Made by a program: the position numbers and the translations under genes. From Polaromonas sp. (GTDB taxonomy: Bacteria; Pseudomonadota; Gammaproteobacteria; Burkholderiales; Burkholderiaceae_C): DNA of 33,828 nucleotides. The stretch covers positions 1 through 33,828 of the forward strand of contig JANOOO010000157.1 of the NCBI GenBank assembly GCA_031421375.1, written 5' to 3'. Positions 31,138 through 33,828 of this stretch are shown here, piece after piece (within the stretch, counting starts at the first letter, position 1; each line of letters begins with the position of its first letter). The notes beneath the pieces are model-generated. The model saw only the letters and a list, made by a program, of their open reading frames with translations. It was not told where the DNA came from and did not search any database.

Positions 31138-31862
31138 TGGATCAGCTTTTTGAGTTCAGGCCAAACGTTGGCCAGCATCGTCGCTTGCGCTTCCTCATTG
31201 GGATGGATGCGGTCTGACTGGAACAACGCGGCGGCGTCGTTCACATCGGCCACGCCTTTGAGGAAAAACGGCACCAGCGGCACGTTCTCGGCCTTGGCCA
31301 CGCGGGCGAACAGCCCCGTGAAGGTGGCGCCATACGCGCCGCCGTAATTGGGCGGCACCTGCATGCCGAGCAGCAGCACGCGTGCGCCGGCCTTCTTCGC
31401 TGCCTGGGTCATCGCCAGCAGGTTCTGCTCGGTCATGTCCAGCGGCAGGCCGCGCAGTGCGTCGTTGCCACCCAGCTCAATCACCACCGTGCCGGGCTTG
31501 TGCTGCGCCAGCAGAGGGGCCAGACGCGAGCGCCCGCCCGAGGTGGTGTCGCCGCTGATGCTGGCGTTGATGACCTTCGCTGTTTTGTTTTCGCTTGCCA
31601 GCTGTTTTTCGAGCAACGGCACCCAGCCGGTGCCGCGCCGCAGACCGTATTCAGCGCTGAGCGAGTCACCGACCACCAGAATCGGGCCGGACCTGCTTTG
31701 CCCCCAGGCGGTCGATCCCAGAAATGCCGCAAGCAACAGCACGCTACACGGCTTTACCCACGCTCCACTGGCAGAAAGAGACGACTTGATAAAGTCGGGA
31801 AGCGCTGTGAAGGCGCGATGGGCGCCGCGAGAGGCGTTATCAAAATCTTGAAAGAGGCGCAT
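31134..31862 (-). CDS. tesA: Arylesterase / acyl-CoA thioesterase I (SGNH hydrolase)
   Basis: GDSLS, NASISGDT, ELGGNDALRG, DRIHPN blocks; signal-like segment ending TAWG; start uncertain (31862/31874 or downstream). Confidence 0.9.
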   Translation of the reverse strand: MRLFQDFDNASRGAHRAFTALPDFIKSSLSASGAWVKPCSVLLLAAFLGSTAWGQSRSGPILVVGDSLSAEYGLRRGTGWVPLLEKQLASENKTAKVINASISGDTTSGGRSRLAPLLAQHKPGTVVIELGGNDALRGLPLDMTEQNLLAMTQAAKKAGARVLLLGMQVPPNYGGAYGATFTGLFARVAKAENVPLVPFFLKGVADVNDAAALFQSDRIHPNEEAQATMLANVWPELKKLIQ

Positions 31863-32622
31863 GAAAATTGACATGTTTAATCCTGCGGGTTCGGGGGTTG
31901 GCGAGGCTGAAAAAGAAGACGACACGGCGTTGGTATCTGCCAGAACCCCAATTGTTTGCGTTGAGCATGTTTTCAAGACAGTCATGGACTCGACTGGCAC
32001 ATTGACGATTTTGCAGGATATTAATTTTTCGCTGGCTCCCCGCGAAACCGCCGCCATCGTGGGTGCGTCGGGTTCTGGCAAAAGCACGCTGCTGGCTATC
32101 ATTGCGGGCCTTGACACGCCGACGCGCGGCACGGTCAGGCTCGCTGGTCAGGATATTTTCGCAATCAGTGAAGACCAGCGCGCCGCGCTGCGCGCACAAA
32201 AAGTCGGCTTCGTGTTTCAGAGTTTTCAGTTGATGGGCAACCTGAGCGCGCTGGAGAACGTCATGCTGCCGCTCGAACTCGGCGGCGTGAAGGGCGCACG
32301 CGCGCAAGCCACCGAGATGCTCAAGCGCGTCGGCCTGGGTGAGCGGCTCGGCCACTACCCCAAGGTGCTGTCGGGCGGCGAGCAGCAGCGCGTGGCGCTG
32401 GCGCGGGCCTTCGTCGTGAAGCCTGCCGTGCTGCTGGCCGACGAGCCGACCGGCAGCCTCGACTTTGCGACCGGTGCCACGGTGATGAAGCTGATGTTTG
32501 AGCTCAACGCCGAACTCGGCACCACGCTGGTGCTCGTCACGCACGACCCGGCGATTGCCAGCCGCTGCCAGCGGCGCATCACCATTGAGGCCGGGAAAAT
32601 CGCGCGGATGGAGATAAATTAA
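31861..32622 (+). CDS. ybbA: ABC transporter ATP-binding protein, YbbA/LolD-like
   Basis: GASGSGKST, LSGGEQQRVALARA, LLADEPTGSLD, VTHD; head-to-head with tesA as in E. coli; start 31861 or 31873. Confidence 0.88.
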   Translation: MKIDMFNPAGSGVGEAEKEDDTALVSARTPIVCVEHVFKTVMDSTGTLTILQDINFSLAPRETAAIVGASGSGKSTLLAIIAGLDTPTRGTVRLAGQDIFAISEDQRAALRAQKVGFVFQSFQLMGNLSALENVMLPLELGGVKGARAQATEMLKRVGLGERLGHYPKVLSGGEQQRVALARAFVVKPAVLLADEPTGSLDFATGATVMKLMFELNAELGTTLVLVTHDPAIASRCQRRITIEAGKIARMEIN

Positions 32623-32670
32623 GCCTCTAGACCAATACAGACGGGCGCAGGCAGCTACTGAAATAATAGC
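32623..32670 (+). repeat. Dispersed motif, copy 3 (48-bp form, begins directly after the ybbA stop)
   Basis: Core 32642-32670 CGGGCGCAGGCAGCTACTGAAATAATAGC. Confidence 0.75.
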
Positions 32671-32696
32671 AACTGACGGGCGCGGATAATTGCGCC

Positions 32697-33446
32697 ATGT
32701 CCTCTTCCCAAGTCTTGTTCGGCTTTCATGCCGTCGGCGTTCGCCTGAAAACCGCACCGCAATCGGTCATTGAAATTTACTTCGAGGCCAGCCGCCGCGA
32801 CGCCCGTATGCGGCAGTTTTTACAGCGCGCGACCGAGTTTGGCGCGCGGCTGATTGAGTCCGACGGCGTGCGGCTCGCCAAAATGTGCGGCAGCCACGGC
32901 CATCAGGGCGTGGTGGCGCGCGTCAATGCCATCGCACAGGTGCGTTCGCTCGACGAGTTGCTCGAACAACTCGAAGCTGCCGGTGTCGCGCAGCCGTTGC
33001 TGCTGGTGCTCGACAGCGTGACCGACCCGCACAACCTGGGGGCCTGCCTGCGCGTCGCCGACGGGGCCGGCGCGCATGCGGTGATCGCCCCCAAAGACCA
33101 CGCCGCCGGCATCAACGCCACCGTGGCCAAGGTCGCCAGTGGTGCGGCCGAAACCATGCCCTACTTCATGGTGACCAACCTCGCGCGCACCCTGGGTGAG
33201 CTGAAAGAGCGCAGCATCTTGTGCATTGGCACCGCCGATGACGCGCCAAAGACCATCTACGACGTGGACTTGAAAGGCCCGGTGGCGCTGGTTCTGGGCG
33301 CGGAAGGGGAGGGCATGCGCCAGCTCACACGCAAAACCTGCGATGCGCTGGTGTCCATCCCGATGCAGGGCGCGGTCGAAAGCCTGAACGTCTCGGTCGC
33401 CAGCGGTGTCTGCCTGTATGAGGCGCTGCGTCAGCGCCGCGCCTGA
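32697..33446 (+). CDS. rlmB: 23S rRNA (guanosine-2251-2'-O)-methyltransferase RlmB
   Basis: [43 protein letters not shown] SpoU motifs. Confidence 0.96.
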   Translation: MSSSQVLFGFHAVGVRLKTAPQSVIEIYFEASRRDARMRQFLQRATEFGARLIESDGVRLAKMCGSHGHQGVVARVNAIAQVRSLDELLEQLEAAGVAQPLLLVLDSVTDPHNLGACLRVADGAGAHAVIAPKDHAAGINATVAKVASGAAETMPYFMVTNLARTLGELKERSILCIGTADDAPKTIYDVDLKGPVALVLGAEGEGMRQLTRKTCDALVSIPMQGAVESLNVSVASGVCLYEALRQRRA

Positions 33447-33471
33447 AATCACTTTTTAGAGAAGTCAAGCC

Positions 33472-33825
33472 ATGAAACCGATCTCTCGACTCGCTACTGT
33501 TTTTATAGCTGCTTGCGCCCTGATTACCTTGGCTTCCTGCACCCAGGAGCAACAAAACAAGTTCAACCGCGACATCCAGAACTGGACCGGCACCAACGGC
33601 GTGCTGGAGTTTTACGCGGGTGAAAAGCTGGTCCGGCGCTTCCTGAAAATCGACAAGATCAGCACCGCGCTCGGCACCGACGACGGCAAGCCCCGGCCCT
33701 ATCGGTTCGGCTACGGCGTGCTCGACGAAAACCTCAATTTCATCGCCGACCCAAGCGAGAAGAAGGTGTACTTCGAGATCAGCGATTACGGCTCGAACTA
33801 CATTTTTTTCGAGAATCCACGCTAG
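33472..33825 (+). CDS. Hypothetical lipoprotein (117 aa)
   Basis: Lipobox LASC (Cys23); GC3-rich gene-like codon usage in the mature part; no recognised domain. Confidence 0.85.
   Translation: MKPISRLATVFIAACALITLASCTQEQQNKFNRDIQNWTGTNGVLEFYAGEKLVRRFLKIDKISTALGTDDGKPRPYRFGYGVLDENLNFIADPSEKKVYFEISDYGSNYIFFENPR
33493..33521 (-). repeat. Dispersed 29-bp motif, copy 4 (reverse orientation, inside a lipoprotein signal peptide)
   Basis: Reverse complement AGGGCGCAAGCAGCTATAAAAACAGTAGC. Confidence 0.72.
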
Positions 33826-33828
33826 GGA

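Overview
GC-rich core-chromosome segment. Gene order and protein style suggest a Burkholderiales betaproteobacterium, probably Comamonadaceae (inference). It is almost entirely housekeeping: the end of sucB, a small membrane ORF, lpdA, zapE, a secreted hypothetical, a PP2C phosphatase, DUF465, a DinG/YoaA helicase, bamD, rluD, scpB, rluB, then ndk-rlmN-pilW-rodZ-ispG-hisS-yfgM-bamB-der-hfq-hflX-hflK-hflC-hisZ-purA-PRTase, a repeat cluster, metC, a small basic protein, mnmH/selU, tesA, ybbA, rlmB and a hypothetical lipoprotein. I found no tRNA/rRNA, CRISPR array, transposase, integrase, phage gene or defence system, and no convincing new multi-gene system. The most unusual signals are non-genic. 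(1) A 29-bp dispersed motif, GGGCGCARGCAGCTA-N9-TAGC, occurs four times: twice between genes (one copy supplies a Shine-Dalgarno) and twice in-frame, in opposite orientations, encoding the hydrophobic cores of two lipoprotein signal peptides including BamB. (2) A composite palindromic repeat cluster at 27963-28444 shows compensatory base changes and G-quadruplex/hairpin motifs. All calls come from reading motifs; no database searches were run, and several start codons are uncertain.
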